Origin: Rhizobiaceae bacterium
Lineage (GTDB): Bacteria; Pseudomonadota; Alphaproteobacteria; Rhizobiales; Rhizobiaceae
NCBI GenBank assembly: GCA_965140455.1
Contig: OZ223237.1
Coordinates: 1,255,646-1,319,645 of the forward strand
DNA: 64,000 nucleotides
Direction: 5' to 3'
Shown: in pieces, positions 22,427 to 32,265 of the stretch
How the letters are laid out: the number at the start of each line of letters is the position of its first letter
How positions within the stretch are numbered: the stretch's first letter is position 1
The notes under the pieces: generated by a model
Told to the model about the DNA's origin: nothing
Databases searched by the model: none
The model's input: only the letters and a program-made list of their open reading frames with translations
Made by a program: the position numbers and the translations under genes

Positions 22427-23254
22427 ATGAAGTCGGTGTCGGAAAAAGCGCAAACGAACTTAGAGGTAGCCTCTGAGGGAAGAGCTTGCCCGGCCTGTGG
22501 TTGTATAAAAAACACTGACATTGAAAACTATTCACATGAAGAGTGGCAGGTCACTAAATGTGATGAATGCGATTTTGTTTACCTGAAAAACCCACCGGGT
22601 TATGAAGCCTTGATCGATGAGTATTCTTGGGAGAAAACCTCTGTTGAGGAAACCAAGCGGCGTCTCTCAACTCGCAACATTGGTGCTAAAATCAGCAAGT
22701 CCTCAAGATGGCGTCTGTCATTACTGAGACTTTCAAGAACAAAGATCACGCATTATTTCGATACCGGTAATGTTCTTGATATCGGATGTGGTGCTGGCGG
22801 CAGGATTTTGCGCTCGAAAGGTATCCCCCATGGCGTGGAAATTTCGCGGGAACTAAATGCCGCCGCTAATGCCAGTATGGAACAGCGTGGTGGGTATTCA
22901 ATACACGCACCGGCTGTAGATGGAGTCAAAGCATTTCCGGATGACTATTTCGACAGTGTCCTGATGCATTCATTCCTGGAACACGAGGAAAATCCAGCTG
23001 GCCTCCTGTCAGGCTTATACAGGGTTTTGAAACCCGGTGGATACGCCTATATGAGAGTGCCGAACTACGGTTCTCTTAATCGTATGGTCATGGGTAAGAA
23101 GTGGTGCGGTTTTCGCTATCCTGACCATGTGAACTATTTCACTCGGGCCAGTTTGAAGGGGCTTTCTGAGAAATATGGCTTTGAATTCAAACTCTTAAAC
23201 TTCATGAATTTGATTGTTGACGACAACATCAAGGCGCTCATCGTCAAACGGTGA
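22427..23254 (+). CDS. Class I SAM-dependent methyltransferase with N-terminal CxxC...CxxC zinc-ribbon-like segment
   Basis: 275 aa. CPACGC...CDECDF, then motif [11 protein letters not shown] and a post-I acidic region. Starts 2 nt after the sucC stop. Confidence 0.7.
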   Translation: MKSVSEKAQTNLEVASEGRACPACGCIKNTDIENYSHEEWQVTKCDECDFVYLKNPPGYEALIDEYSWEKTSVEETKRRLSTRNIGAKISKSSRWRLSLLRLSRTKITHYFDTGNVLDIGCGAGGRILRSKGIPHGVEISRELNAAANASMEQRGGYSIHAPAVDGVKAFPDDYFDSVLMHSFLEHEENPAGLLSGLYRVLKPGGYAYMRVPNYGSLNRMVMGKKWCGFRYPDHVNYFTRASLKGLSEKYGFEFKLLNFMNLIVDDNIKALIVKR

Positions 23255-23380
23255 GCAATTTACCATGAATTCAATCACCAAACCTTGAATTATCATTAGC
23301 GCTTGTTTTCTAGTATCACTGTACAAGATAAGTATGCTGAATTAACTGAAGTTCAGTTAGCAGTCCGGGAGGTTCATTTA

Positions 23381-23983
23381 ATGTTCAATGTTTTCAGAAA
23401 ACTGTTTTCACCCATTGTTTTGGCAGGGGTATTGCTGGCACCATCAGCTGTCCTGGCGCAACAGGAAACAGATGCTCCAACCAGTGACACAGATCCGGTG
23501 TTGGTATTCAACCGCGTATGTTATGCGCAGGTTCCTATCATTGAAAATATTCGCGATATGTCCACCCGTTTCGCCTGGGAGCGAATTGGCGGAGACGATC
23601 TGAAACAGTTCACAACCCTCGAAAGTCCGGATGTATTGGAAGGCTGGGATGTGAGAATTGCCAAGAAGCTTTACCGTCTGGGGATAGTTCAGTCGAAACC
23701 CAGCGAAGTTATGCAGAAAACCTTCCCGGAATTTGCTGATGGTCAGGCCACTTCCTGTTCACTCGTACTCGACGGATCGGATGAAGCAGATTTGGTATTG
23801 GAGCGCATGAACTCGTTGGCGCGCAAAGAGCCTAACAGTGCGGATGTGCCGGATGGTGATTTGCTTACCACCACATGGGCTGGCGGAAATGAAGATTTCA
23901 AGGTTTTCCTGTTTTTCAAATCAGACCAGAAAGGCAAGGCAAATCTGCTCAATGTGACCATTCTGGCGCGTAAAGGTGTGTAA
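23381..23983 (+). CDS. Secreted protein of unknown function
   Basis: The track gives 23303. I prefer ATG 23381, preceded by GGGAGG, which yields a signal peptide MFNVFRKLFSPIVLAGVLLAPSAVLAQQ. No recognisable domain. Confidence 0.55.
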   Translation: MFNVFRKLFSPIVLAGVLLAPSAVLAQQETDAPTSDTDPVLVFNRVCYAQVPIIENIRDMSTRFAWERIGGDDLKQFTTLESPDVLEGWDVRIAKKLYRLGIVQSKPSEVMQKTFPEFADGQATSCSLVLDGSDEADLVLERMNSLARKEPNSADVPDGDLLTTTWAGGNEDFKVFLFFKSDQKGKANLLNVTILARKGV

Positions 23984-24088
23984 GCGTTAGAAATTGTGGG
24001 AGTGAGTTAGATAAAACCCATTGAAAAATTCGGGGGATGCTGTCATTAACTTCCCGAACCCTCCCTTTTTCAAGACGGAAAATCAAAT

Positions 24089-24991
24089 ATGTCTATCCTG
24101 ATCGACAGCTCCACCAAAGTACTTGTTCAAGGCCTAACAGGCAAAACCGGATCGTTTCATACCGAACAATCCATGGCTTATTACGGTACGCAGATGGTTG
24201 GTGGAACGCATCCAAAGAAGGGTGGGGAAACTTGGACAGGCTCAAATGGTGAAGAACTTCCCATCTTTTCATCCGTCGCTGAAGGTAAGGAGCGCATTGG
24301 TGCAAACGCCTCTGTAGTCTATGTGCCACCTGCAGGAGCCGCAGGCGCTATCCTGGAAGCCATCGAAGCTGAAATACCTTTGATCATCTGCATCACTGAA
24401 GGTGTGCCGGTGATGGACATGGTGAAAGTCAATGCCGCTCTTGAGAAATCAAGCTCCAGATTGGTTGGACCAAACTGCCCCGGAATTCTGACACCAGAAC
24501 AGTGCAAAATCGGCATCATGCCTGGTTCTATCTTCAAAAAAGGTTCTGTTGGCGTTGTCTCCCGTTCCGGGACGCTCACTTACGAAGCTGTGTTCCAAAC
24601 CTCTAACGCAGGCCTCGGGCAAACCACAGCTGTGGGAATTGGTGGTGATCCGGTTAAAGGCACTGAATTCATCGACGTGTTGGAAATGTTCCTGGCAGAT
24701 GATGAAACCGAATCCATTATCATGATTGGTGAAATCGGTGGTTCCGCAGAAGAAGATGCCGCACAATTCTTGGCAGACGAAGCTAAAAAGGGACGCAAGA
24801 AACCTGTTGCTGGATTTATCGCGGGCAGAACAGCCCCTCCAGGCCGCACTATGGGTCACGCTGGCGCTGTGATTTCTGGCGGTAAAGGTGGCGCTGAGGA
24901 CAAGATTGCTGCCATGGAAGCTGCTGGTATCAGAGTATCTCCATCCCCGGCTAAACTGGGCGAAACCTTGTTGGACGCCATTAAATCTTAG
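24089..24991 (+). CDS. sucD: Succinyl-CoA ligase alpha subunit
   Basis: 300 aa. [10 protein letters not shown] CoA-binding start, SRSGTLTYE, phospho-His loop MGHAGA. Confidence 0.97.
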   Translation: MSILIDSSTKVLVQGLTGKTGSFHTEQSMAYYGTQMVGGTHPKKGGETWTGSNGEELPIFSSVAEGKERIGANASVVYVPPAGAAGAILEAIEAEIPLIICITEGVPVMDMVKVNAALEKSSSRLVGPNCPGILTPEQCKIGIMPGSIFKKGSVGVVSRSGTLTYEAVFQTSNAGLGQTTAVGIGGDPVKGTEFIDVLEMFLADDETESIIMIGEIGGSAEEDAAQFLADEAKKGRKKPVAGFIAGRTAPPGRTMGHAGAVISGGKGGAEDKIAAMEAAGIRVSPSPAKLGETLLDAIKS

Positions 24992-25134
24992 TAGTTCAAG
25001 TCACAATGCATAAGCGTGGCCTCATTCATTCTGTGCATTACTCACCGAAATGGTCATAAGTCGTGCCGTTAAGTTGCGTAGTGGCAACCGTTTCATTATG
25101 GAATTGAAGTATCACCCAACCGGAGCAAACTAAT

Positions 25135-27801
25135 ATGAGCAAGTGGGTTTACACCTTTGGCAATGGTAGCGCCGAAGGGGCTTCCGAAATGAAGAATCTT
25201 TTGGGCGGGAAGGGTGCGAACCTCGCGGAGATGAGTTCGCTTGGTTTGCCGGTACCCCCAGGATTCACAATCACCACAGAGGCGTGTAATTGGTATTACG
25301 ACAACGCGGAAACCTACCCAGCAGAATTACAGGGCCAGATCGAGGAAGCGCTCAGCTCAATTGAAGCCGCGACAGGTAGAAAATTCGGGGATGCCGCATC
25401 GCCTTTGCTGGTATCCGTGCGGTCTGGAGCCAGGGCTTCCATGCCAGGCATGATGGATACGGTTCTAAACCTCGGTCTGAACAATGAGACTGTAAGCGCA
25501 ATAGCAACCGAAATGGATGATGAACGTTTCGCTTTTGATAGCTATAGACGCTTTATACAGATGTATTCAGACGTGGTGCTGGGTGTTGATCACTATGAGT
25601 TCGAGGATATTCTCGAACAGGTTAAATCAGCACAAGGCTATGAGCAGGATACTCAGATGACTGCTCAGGACTGGAAGGATGTGGTCGAGCAATATCTTGC
25701 CAAGGTGGAAGAGGTTCTCGAAGCCCCGTTCCCACAGAATGTGCAGGAGCAGCTTTCTGGCGCAGTGAAAGCGGTCTTTTCCTCATGGATGAACACAAGA
25801 GCAATCACATACCGCAAATTGCATAACATTCCTCAAGAATGGGGTACTGCGGTTAATGTGCAGGCCATGGTATTCGGTAACATGGGCGATACTTCAGCGA
25901 CCGGTGTGGCATTTACACGAAATCCCTCAACTGGTGAGAAAAAACTCTACGGTGAGTTTCTTGTAAATGCTCAGGGTGAGGATGTGGTGGCAGGAATTCG
26001 CACACCTCAGGATTTGACCGAAGACGCAAGAATTGCAGCGGGCTCAGACGCACCGTCTTTGGAAGCACTCATGCCTGAGGCCTACGCAGAGTTTGTGGAA
26101 ACAGCGAACAAGCTCGAAGCGCATTACAAGGACATGCAGGACCTTGAATTTACCATTGAACGCGGCAAACTCTGGATGCTTCAGACGCGTTCAGGAAAAA
26201 GGACTGCAAAAGCAGCTCTCCGAATTGCCGTAGAGATGGCGGCTGAAAATGTAATTACCAAGGAAGAGGCCGTTTTGCGGGTTGATCCTGCGTCACTTGA
26301 CCAACTGCTTCATCCCACAATTGATCCAAGCGCTGACAAGAAAATCATTGCTAACGGTTTGCCAGCATCTCCGGGTGCAGCAACGGGGGAAATCGTATTT
26401 TCTTCCAATGAGGCAGAACGGCTGAAAAGCGAAGGTAAGCCTACTATTCTTGTCCGCATTGAAACCAGTCCCGAAGACATTCATGGCATGCATGCAGCAG
26501 AGGGAATTCTCACTGCCCGCGGTGGAATGACATCGCACGCTGCCGTGGTCGCAAGAGGAATGGGAAAACCTTGTGTATCGGGAGCAGGGGGGATCAGGAT
26601 TGATAACGTAGCAGGCCAACTGCGTGTTCCCGGCCATACTTTCGAAGCTGGCGATATTATTACAATCGATGGTTCTACTGGTCAGGTACTCTTGGGTGCT
26701 GTGCCCATGCAGCGGCCTGAACTGTCGGGTTCTTTTGGAACTTTGATGGAATGGGCAGATGCCCTGCGCCGGATGAAAGTCCGCACGAATGCTGAAACCC
26801 CGGCTGATGCTAAATCGGCACGGTCCTTTGGAGCAGAAGGCATCGGCCTATGCCGAACAGAACACATGTTCTTTGAAGGCGACCGTATTGTAGCTGCCCG
26901 GGAGATGATCCTTTCAGAGACCGAAGAAGACCGGCGCAAAGCACTAGATAAGCTGTTACCCATGCAGCGTTCGGACTTTATCGAATTGTTTGAGATCATG
27001 GCAGGCCTACCGGTCACAATCCGGCTGCTTGATCCACCGCTTCATGAATTCCTTCCCCATAGCGATGAAGAAATTGATGCGGTTGCGCATTCCATGGGTG
27101 TTGATCCCGAAAAATTGCGCCGACGCAACATAGCGCTTCAGGAAGCCAATCCAATGCTCGGTCACCGTGGATGTCGCCTTGCCGTTTCCTATCCTGAAAT
27201 CGCAGAAATGCAGGTTCGCGCGATAATCGAGGCAGCTCTGGAAGCCGGAAAGAAGACCGGTCAAACTGTTGTGCCTGAAATCATGGTGCCATTGGTCGGG
27301 ATGCGGGAAGAGCTGGAATTTGTGAAAGACCGCATCGATACCATCGCAAAGTCAATTATTGTCGATAACGGCGGCAATCTGGAATATCTCGTGGGAACGA
27401 TGATTGAATTGCCACGTGCTGCACTCAGAGCTGACGAGATCGCAAAGTCAGCTGAGTTCTTCTCTTTCGGAACAAATGATCTCACGCAAACAACTTTCGG
27501 GATTTCCCGTGACGATGCTGCAAACTTCCTCACCACTTACGAGGCCAAAGGAATCATCAAGCGTGATCCTTTTGTGACCCTTGATGTGGATGGTGTTGGC
27601 CAGCTTGTGAAAACAGCAGTTGAAAAAGGTAATGCCACACGACCGGGAATGAAAATGGGCATTTGCGGCGAACACGGTGGAGATCCCGATTCGGTTGAAT
27701 TCTGCGAGACCGTCAATCTTGACTATGTTTCCTGCTCGCCGTTCAGGGTACCAATTGCCCGATTGGCTGCAGCGCAATCTGCTATTCGCAAAAATCAGTA
27801 A
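25135..27801 (+). CDS. ppdK: Pyruvate, phosphate dikinase
   Basis: 888 aa. GGKGANLAEM ATP-grasp start, phospho-His swivel motif GGMTSHAAVVARGMGKPCV, PEP-utilising C-terminal TIM barrel (FFSFGTNDLTQ, GICGEHGGDP). Confidence 0.96.
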   Translation: MSKWVYTFGNGSAEGASEMKNLLGGKGANLAEMSSLGLPVPPGFTITTEACNWYYDNAETYPAELQGQIEEALSSIEAATGRKFGDAASPLLVSVRSGARASMPGMMDTVLNLGLNNETVSAIATEMDDERFAFDSYRRFIQMYSDVVLGVDHYEFEDILEQVKSAQGYEQDTQMTAQDWKDVVEQYLAKVEEVLEAPFPQNVQEQLSGAVKAVFSSWMNTRAITYRKLHNIPQEWGTAVNVQAMVFGNMGDTSATGVAFTRNPSTGEKKLYGEFLVNAQGEDVVAGIRTPQDLTEDARIAAGSDAPSLEALMPEAYAEFVETANKLEAHYKDMQDLEFTIERGKLWMLQTRSGKRTAKAALRIAVEMAAENVITKEEAVLRVDPASLDQLLHPTIDPSADKKIIANGLPASPGAATGEIVFSSNEAERLKSEGKPTILVRIETSPEDIHGMHAAEGILTARGGMTSHAAVVARGMGKPCVSGAGGIRIDNVAGQLRVPGHTFEAGDIITIDGSTGQVLLGAVPMQRPELSGSFGTLMEWADALRRMKVRTNAETPADAKSARSFGAEGIGLCRTEHMFFEGDRIVAAREMILSETEEDRRKALDKLLPMQRSDFIELFEIMAGLPVTIRLLDPPLHEFLPHSDEEIDAVAHSMGVDPEKLRRRNIALQEANPMLGHRGCRLAVSYPEIAEMQVRAIIEAALEAGKKTGQTVVPEIMVPLVGMREELEFVKDRIDTIAKSIIVDNGGNLEYLVGTMIELPRAALRADEIAKSAEFFSFGTNDLTQTTFGISRDDAANFLTTYEAKGIIKRDPFVTLDVDGVGQLVKTAVEKGNATRPGMKMGICGEHGGDPDSVEFCETVNLDYVSCSPFRVPIARLAAAQSAIRKNQ

Positions 27802-27809
27802 ACTGATCG

Positions 27810-28454
27810 TCAGACAAGTCCGAGTTCACTGGCTATTCTAAACAGGGCGGCGGCATTCCCGCCACCTGTCTTCTCGCGAATTGCAAGTCGGTGACTTTCA
27901 ACAGTTCTCACTGAAATATCGAGTTTTTCAGCGATGGCCTTGTTTTTCGAACCCTTTGCAATCTCAACCAGAATTTCCCGCTCTCTGTGCGAAAGATTAT
28001 ACTGACACTGCTTGGTTGGTGCTTTTTCAGCAGCGGGATCAAAAGCGTTCGCGACTTTCGAGCCGAGGTAAATGCCGCCATTGTAGATTGCATTAACAGC
28101 AATCATCATCTCTTCGCGCGAAATATCTTTGAGAAGATAGCCTTTGGCACCAATCCTCAGCGCCTCATGGATGTATTCCGGATTGTCATAGACCGAAAGA
28201 AATATGATCCGGCTTTCGGGTGCCTTTTCCAGTATCTTTTCTGCCACTTCAAGTCCGGTCATTTCAGGCATGGATATGTCAAGGAAAATGATATCAGGAG
28301 AATAGGCTTCTGCTTTTTGAAGCGCTTCTGTTCCATTTGAAGCTTCAGCACACACATGCATATTGTCAGAAATGTTCAGTCTGGCTGCAAGACCTTCCCG
28401 CACTAGGTCATGATCATCTGCAATCAGAATTCTGATCTTTTCGTTTTCCTGCAT
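27810..28454 (-). CDS. NarL/FixJ-family response regulator (REC + LuxR HTH)
   Basis: 214 aa. ILIADDH...FLDISMPEMTG receiver and C-terminal LSHREREILVEIAKGSKNKAIAEKLDISVRTVESHR. Confidence 0.9.
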   Translation of the reverse strand: MQENEKIRILIADDHDLVREGLAARLNISDNMHVCAEASNGTEALQKAEAYSPDIIFLDISMPEMTGLEVAEKILEKAPESRIIFLSVYDNPEYIHEALRIGAKGYLLKDISREEMMIAVNAIYNGGIYLGSKVANAFDPAAEKAPTKQCQYNLSHREREILVEIAKGSKNKAIAEKLDISVRTVESHRLAIREKTGGGNAAALFRIASELGLV

Positions 28455-28455
28455 G

Positions 28456-29829
28456 CTAAGCCACCAGTTTTTCTTCTTGCGTGGCTTTTCCGTTCAGATG
28501 AATTTCCAAAACGAGCCCCCCATTCTTGGCATTTTTCAAATGGAATGTGCCTCCATGGCTCTCCAGCCGTTCTTTCATGTTGTGAAGCCCCATTCCATTT
28601 ATATGCTGCGTGTTTCTTTGTTCTTTCAATCCACGTCCATCATCAGCAATCGACATGGAAACGCCTCCAAGCTCTTTGGAAAGCTTTATTTCCACCTGCG
28701 TGGCATTTGCATGTTTTGCCACATTTGCCAAGGCTTCCTGTGCAATACGGTAAAGACTGGTTTTTTCCCGGTCATCAAGCACATTGCCCACATGTTCCGC
28801 TTCCACGCTTGTTTTGATGCCGGTTTGGCTTTCAAAATCAGAACCAAGGCTCTTCACAGCAGCGGCAAGGCCCACATCATCCAGGACTGAAGGTCTAAGT
28901 GCAATTGAGATGCGGCGGATCTCGTCAATCGCGGTGGAAATGGTCTGCATCGATTTCTTGATGGGTTCCTGAACATTTGCATCAGCATTAGAGTTGGCTG
29001 CAGCAAGATCCAGGCTGTAGCGCGCTGAAACCAGCAATTGGGAAATACCATCATGCAGTTCGGTCGAAACACGCTTCCTTTCGTTCTCCTGCGCATCCAC
29101 AATTTCATTTGCAAGCGCCTTTAGTCGCGCATCGGCAAATCTTTGTTCAGAAAACCGTATGATCGCAAGCAGCAGGCTTGTCAGCGCAACAGCACCCACA
29201 GCAAGAGACAATAGAACCCATCTGGTTTCTTTCACGTTTTCATCGAGCTGGTTCTGTATCTGACCGATCTGTGCAGCAATGTCGTCCATATAAAGCCCGG
29301 ATCCGATCACCCAGTCCCACTTGTCCAGATATACAGACTGACCAAGCTTCTCAGCTTTTACCCCGCTTGAGGGTTTCATCCACGTATATTGATAAAGTTC
29401 ACCATTCCTGCGATCGCTTTCGATAAATCCATCGGCCAGCAAACCAGCTTCTTCGCCATAATAAGCAAACTTGTTGTTTCCTGAGAGTTCGGAGAGCAGG
29501 GGGTTTTCTAGTGGTCCGCCGTTTGTACGGGAAATGAAGAAATACCCGTCCTTGCTGTAAGTCATATTGGTGATAACGTCGGCAACCTGTTTTTGAGCCT
29601 GAAGGCGAGAAACATTATCCCATTGATAGAATGGTTCCACAGCAGCTCTGGCAAGTTTCATATAGTTCTGGAGTTCCAGCTGTTTTGATTGCCTGACCAT
29701 CTGCTCAACAGCTTTGCCTTGCTCTGCAGCCAGTTTCTTGGATTGCGAGTCAATCAAGATCAATGCGGCAACTGAAATGAGTACTACCGGTAATATCGTC
29801 ACTATTAGAAGCTTGGTCCTGAACGTCAT
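28456..29829 (-). CDS. Sensor histidine kinase, periplasmic Cache-like sensor + HisKA_3 + HATPase (NarX-type)
   Basis: 457 aa. TM at the N-terminus, extracytoplasmic domain of about 170 aa, second TM, H-box ELHDGISQLL, HATPase (ALANVAKHANA, DDGRGL, GMGLHNMKERL). 1-nt gap to the response regulator. Confidence 0.88.
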   Translation of the reverse strand: MTFRTKLLIVTILPVVLISVAALILIDSQSKKLAAEQGKAVEQMVRQSKQLELQNYMKLARAAVEPFYQWDNVSRLQAQKQVADVITNMTYSKDGYFFISRTNGGPLENPLLSELSGNNKFAYYGEEAGLLADGFIESDRRNGELYQYTWMKPSSGVKAEKLGQSVYLDKWDWVIGSGLYMDDIAAQIGQIQNQLDENVKETRWVLLSLAVGAVALTSLLLAIIRFSEQRFADARLKALANEIVDAQENERKRVSTELHDGISQLLVSARYSLDLAAANSNADANVQEPIKKSMQTISTAIDEIRRISIALRPSVLDDVGLAAAVKSLGSDFESQTGIKTSVEAEHVGNVLDDREKTSLYRIAQEALANVAKHANATQVEIKLSKELGGVSMSIADDGRGLKEQRNTQHINGMGLHNMKERLESHGGTFHLKNAKNGGLVLEIHLNGKATQEEKLVA

Positions 29830-29854
29830 GCGTCCGTTCCTTTTTCATCTATTG

Positions 29855-29876
29855 CTGAAAAATATATATTTTTCAG
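29855..29876. promoter_or_regulatory. Perfect 22-bp AT-rich palindrome in the divergent kinase / TRAP promoter region
   Basis: CTGAAAAATATATATTTTTCAG equals its own reverse complement (checked base by base). It begins 26 nt upstream of the kinase ATG. Confidence 0.45.
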
Positions 29877-29885
29877 TCCTCTCCC

Positions 29886-29903
29886 TTGATTGAGATCAAT
29901 CAA
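29886..29903. promoter_or_regulatory. 8-bp inverted repeat TTGATTGA-GA-TCAATCAA
   Basis: Perfect arms separated by 2 nt, 10 nt from the 22-bp palindrome. Candidate regulator binding site. Confidence 0.35.
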
Positions 29904-30077
29904 TCTTTGCATTTTACCTTATCAGTATAACTACTGACACGATTGGGTAATTGCGCCTATTGTAAAATTTTCTTGAATTACGTATCAAGACGCCAAGGGT
30001 GGGATATTATAATACCCTTAATCGACAAACGGCTCAGCTTAAGCCGTTTACTAAAATATCTTGGAGGAGAATTCCAA

Positions 30078-31172
30078 ATGGAAAGACGTAAGTTCTTAAA
30101 AGGCGCTGCGCTGGCCGGTACTGGTGTAGCGGCTGCGTCAACACTTGCAGCACCTGCTGTGGCACAAGCATCAAAGGATATGGTTATCGTATCCACTTGG
30201 CCACGTGACTTCCCAGGCCTGGGTCTACCAGCTCAGCGTTTGGCTGCTCGCATTGGTGAGCTCACAGAAGGCCGCCTGAACGTCCAGTACTTTGCTGCTG
30301 GTGAGCGTGTTGGTGCTTTTGACTCATTTGACGAAGTTGCATCAGGCAACGCTCAAGCATACATCGCTGCTGACTACTACTGGAAAGGCAAGCATCCTGG
30401 TTGGGCTGCATTCACTGCTATTCCTTTCGGTTTCACATACACAGAAATGGACGCATGGATCAAATATGCAGGCGGTCAGGAACTGTGGGATGAGATTGCT
30501 GGCGAGTTCGGTCTGAAAAACTTTGCTTGTGGTAACACAGGCGTTCAGATGGGCGGTTGGTTCAACAAGGAAATCGAATCCGCTGACGACCTGAAAGGTC
30601 TGAAAATGCGTATTCCTGGCCTTGGTGGTGACGTTATGTCCAAACTGGGTGCATCACCTGTATCACTTCCTGGTGGTCAGATTTATGAAAACCTTGTTTC
30701 TGGTGCTATCGACGCGACAGAGTGGGTTGGCCCATACAATGACTTCTTCATGAAGTTCTACGAAGCTGCGAAGTACTACTACTTCCCAGGCATGCATGAG
30801 CCAGGCGCACAGATTGCATTTGGTATGAACTCAGAGTTCTGGGGTTCCCTGTCTAAAACAGACCAGGCAATCATCCAGGCTGCTTGTAACGAGGAAAATG
30901 CTCGTACAATGGCTGAAACAAATGCATTCAACGGTGAATACCTGAACCGCTTGATCAATGATCATGGCGTGGAACTGCGTGAGTTTAACGAAGACGTATA
31001 TGACTCATTCGGTGAAGCTGCTGCAGAAGTGCTCGAAGAAGCGCGCGATCATTCAGCACTTTCCAAGAAAATTTATGACAGCGTAACAGAGAAACGCGCT
31101 GAAATTGGTAAGTGGAGCGCATTGTCCGACGTGTCTTACACACAAAAACGCAACCGCGTTCTCGGGCTCTAA
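30078..31172 (+). CDS. TRAP transporter substrate-binding protein (DctP-type, COG4663-like) with twin-arginine signal
   Basis: The track starts at 29943. ATG 30078 follows GGAGGA and gives MERRKFLKGAALAGTGVAAASTLAAPAVAQA (Tat-type RRxFLK). The mature part has the STWP...AGERVGAFD pattern seen in this TRAP subfamily. Confidence 0.85.
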   Translation: MERRKFLKGAALAGTGVAAASTLAAPAVAQASKDMVIVSTWPRDFPGLGLPAQRLAARIGELTEGRLNVQYFAAGERVGAFDSFDEVASGNAQAYIAADYYWKGKHPGWAAFTAIPFGFTYTEMDAWIKYAGGQELWDEIAGEFGLKNFACGNTGVQMGGWFNKEIESADDLKGLKMRIPGLGGDVMSKLGASPVSLPGGQIYENLVSGAIDATEWVGPYNDFFMKFYEAAKYYYFPGMHEPGAQIAFGMNSEFWGSLSKTDQAIIQAACNEENARTMAETNAFNGEYLNRLINDHGVELREFNEDVYDSFGEAAAEVLEEARDHSALSKKIYDSVTEKRAEIGKWSALSDVSYTQKRNRVLGL

Positions 31173-31192
31173 GACCTAATCATAAATATTTC

Positions 31193-31218
31193 GAAACGGG
31201 GCAGCATTGCCCCGTTTC
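31193..31218 (+). other. Intercistronic stem-loop between dctP-like and dctQ-like genes
   Basis: GAAACGGGGC-AGCATT-GCCCCGTTTC, a perfect 10-bp stem without a clear T-tract. Likely a partial attenuator or mRNA stabiliser favouring binding-protein expression. Confidence 0.5.
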
Positions 31219-31288
31219 TGTATAACTACGACAAGAAGTTTCCTCGGGGAGGGGTGAAGGGAAAACTTCCCGGTTCACCCGCAGTGAC

Positions 31289-32242
31289 ATGTCTTATTCA
31301 ATACGCCTGTTTGGCTGGGCGATGCTTGCCTTGATGCTTGCATTCCTGATCAACAATTTTCTGACAATTGGTGGTGGTTTACCCGGCGCGGGTGCAATCC
31401 TGTCTGATGGTGCCGGAGCGCTGTCCTGGTTACAGGCCGCACTTTATCCGATCATGATTATTGGAGTGTTCTTTCTGCTGAAAAGCCGAAGTGAGAAAAC
31501 TCTGAGAGAAGACAGTCAACTGATATCAAGTTACAACACCGTCTTTATTCGCTGTGCTTTCTGGGCTGTATTGATCGTAGGACTGGGTGACATGATCATC
31601 TCATTCCTGCGAGTAGAGGGCTTACTACCGGCGATAGTAGGCGAAGAACTCACAAAAGAACTCGGTAAATCAAGATTTCGCGGCCTTTATGTACATGTGC
31701 CGCTGATGCTTATCTCAATTGTAATCGGGTTTTTCACCCGTACACTAGGGTTTACATGGCTCACAATTCTGATTGTGGCAGCTGAACTCCTAATCGTTAT
31801 CACCCGTTTCATATTCTCATACGAGCAGGCGTTCATGGCAGACCTAGTACGGTTCTGGTACGGCGCACTGTTCCTCTTCGCAAGTGCATACACTTTGCTG
31901 GAAGAAGGACATGTGAGGGTTGATGTGTTTTATGCAGGCTTCAAAGACAAAACCAAGGGTTTGGTCAACGCAGTTGGTTCCATCTTCTTGGGGATCAGTG
32001 TTTGCTGGACAATCCTCATCATCGGGATGGGAAGCAAAACATCCATCATAAATAGCCCGGTAGCCCGCTTTGAAGTGACTCAGTCAGGTTTCGGTATGTA
32101 TGTGAAATACATGATGGCCGGTTTTCTCGGTGTATTCGCCATATCAATGATGATCCAGTTTGTGGCCTATTTGCTTGACGCTGTCGCTGACTATCGCGAA
32201 GAGCCCGGCAAGGTCAAAGCGCAAGGCGCAAGTGCGCACTAA
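31289..32242 (+). CDS. TRAP transporter small permease (DctQ-like), enlarged
   Basis: 317 aa. The family-typical EEGHVRVDVFY motif sits near residue 208 rather than close to the N-terminus, so extra upstream TM helices span about 140 aa. Confidence 0.75.
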   Translation: MSYSIRLFGWAMLALMLAFLINNFLTIGGGLPGAGAILSDGAGALSWLQAALYPIMIIGVFFLLKSRSEKTLREDSQLISSYNTVFIRCAFWAVLIVGLGDMIISFLRVEGLLPAIVGEELTKELGKSRFRGLYVHVPLMLISIVIGFFTRTLGFTWLTILIVAAELLIVITRFIFSYEQAFMADLVRFWYGALFLFASAYTLLEEGHVRVDVFYAGFKDKTKGLVNAVGSIFLGISVCWTILIIGMGSKTSIINSPVARFEVTQSGFGMYVKYMMAGFLGVFAISMMIQFVAYLLDAVADYREEPGKVKAQGASAH

Positions 32243-32265
32243 GGAAATCTAGGAAAGATATTACA

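Noticed and set aside
29943-30077. N-terminal extensions suggested by the ORF track here and at 20635, 23303, 38767, 39152, 45295, 51408-52343, 56753, 60479 and 61058.
   Set aside because: In each case an internal ATG sits behind a Shine-Dalgarno-like motif, or overlaps the upstream stop, and restores a canonical N-terminus (signal peptide, Tat motif, lipobox or a conserved family start). The upstream extension overlaps the preceding gene or is non-protein-like.
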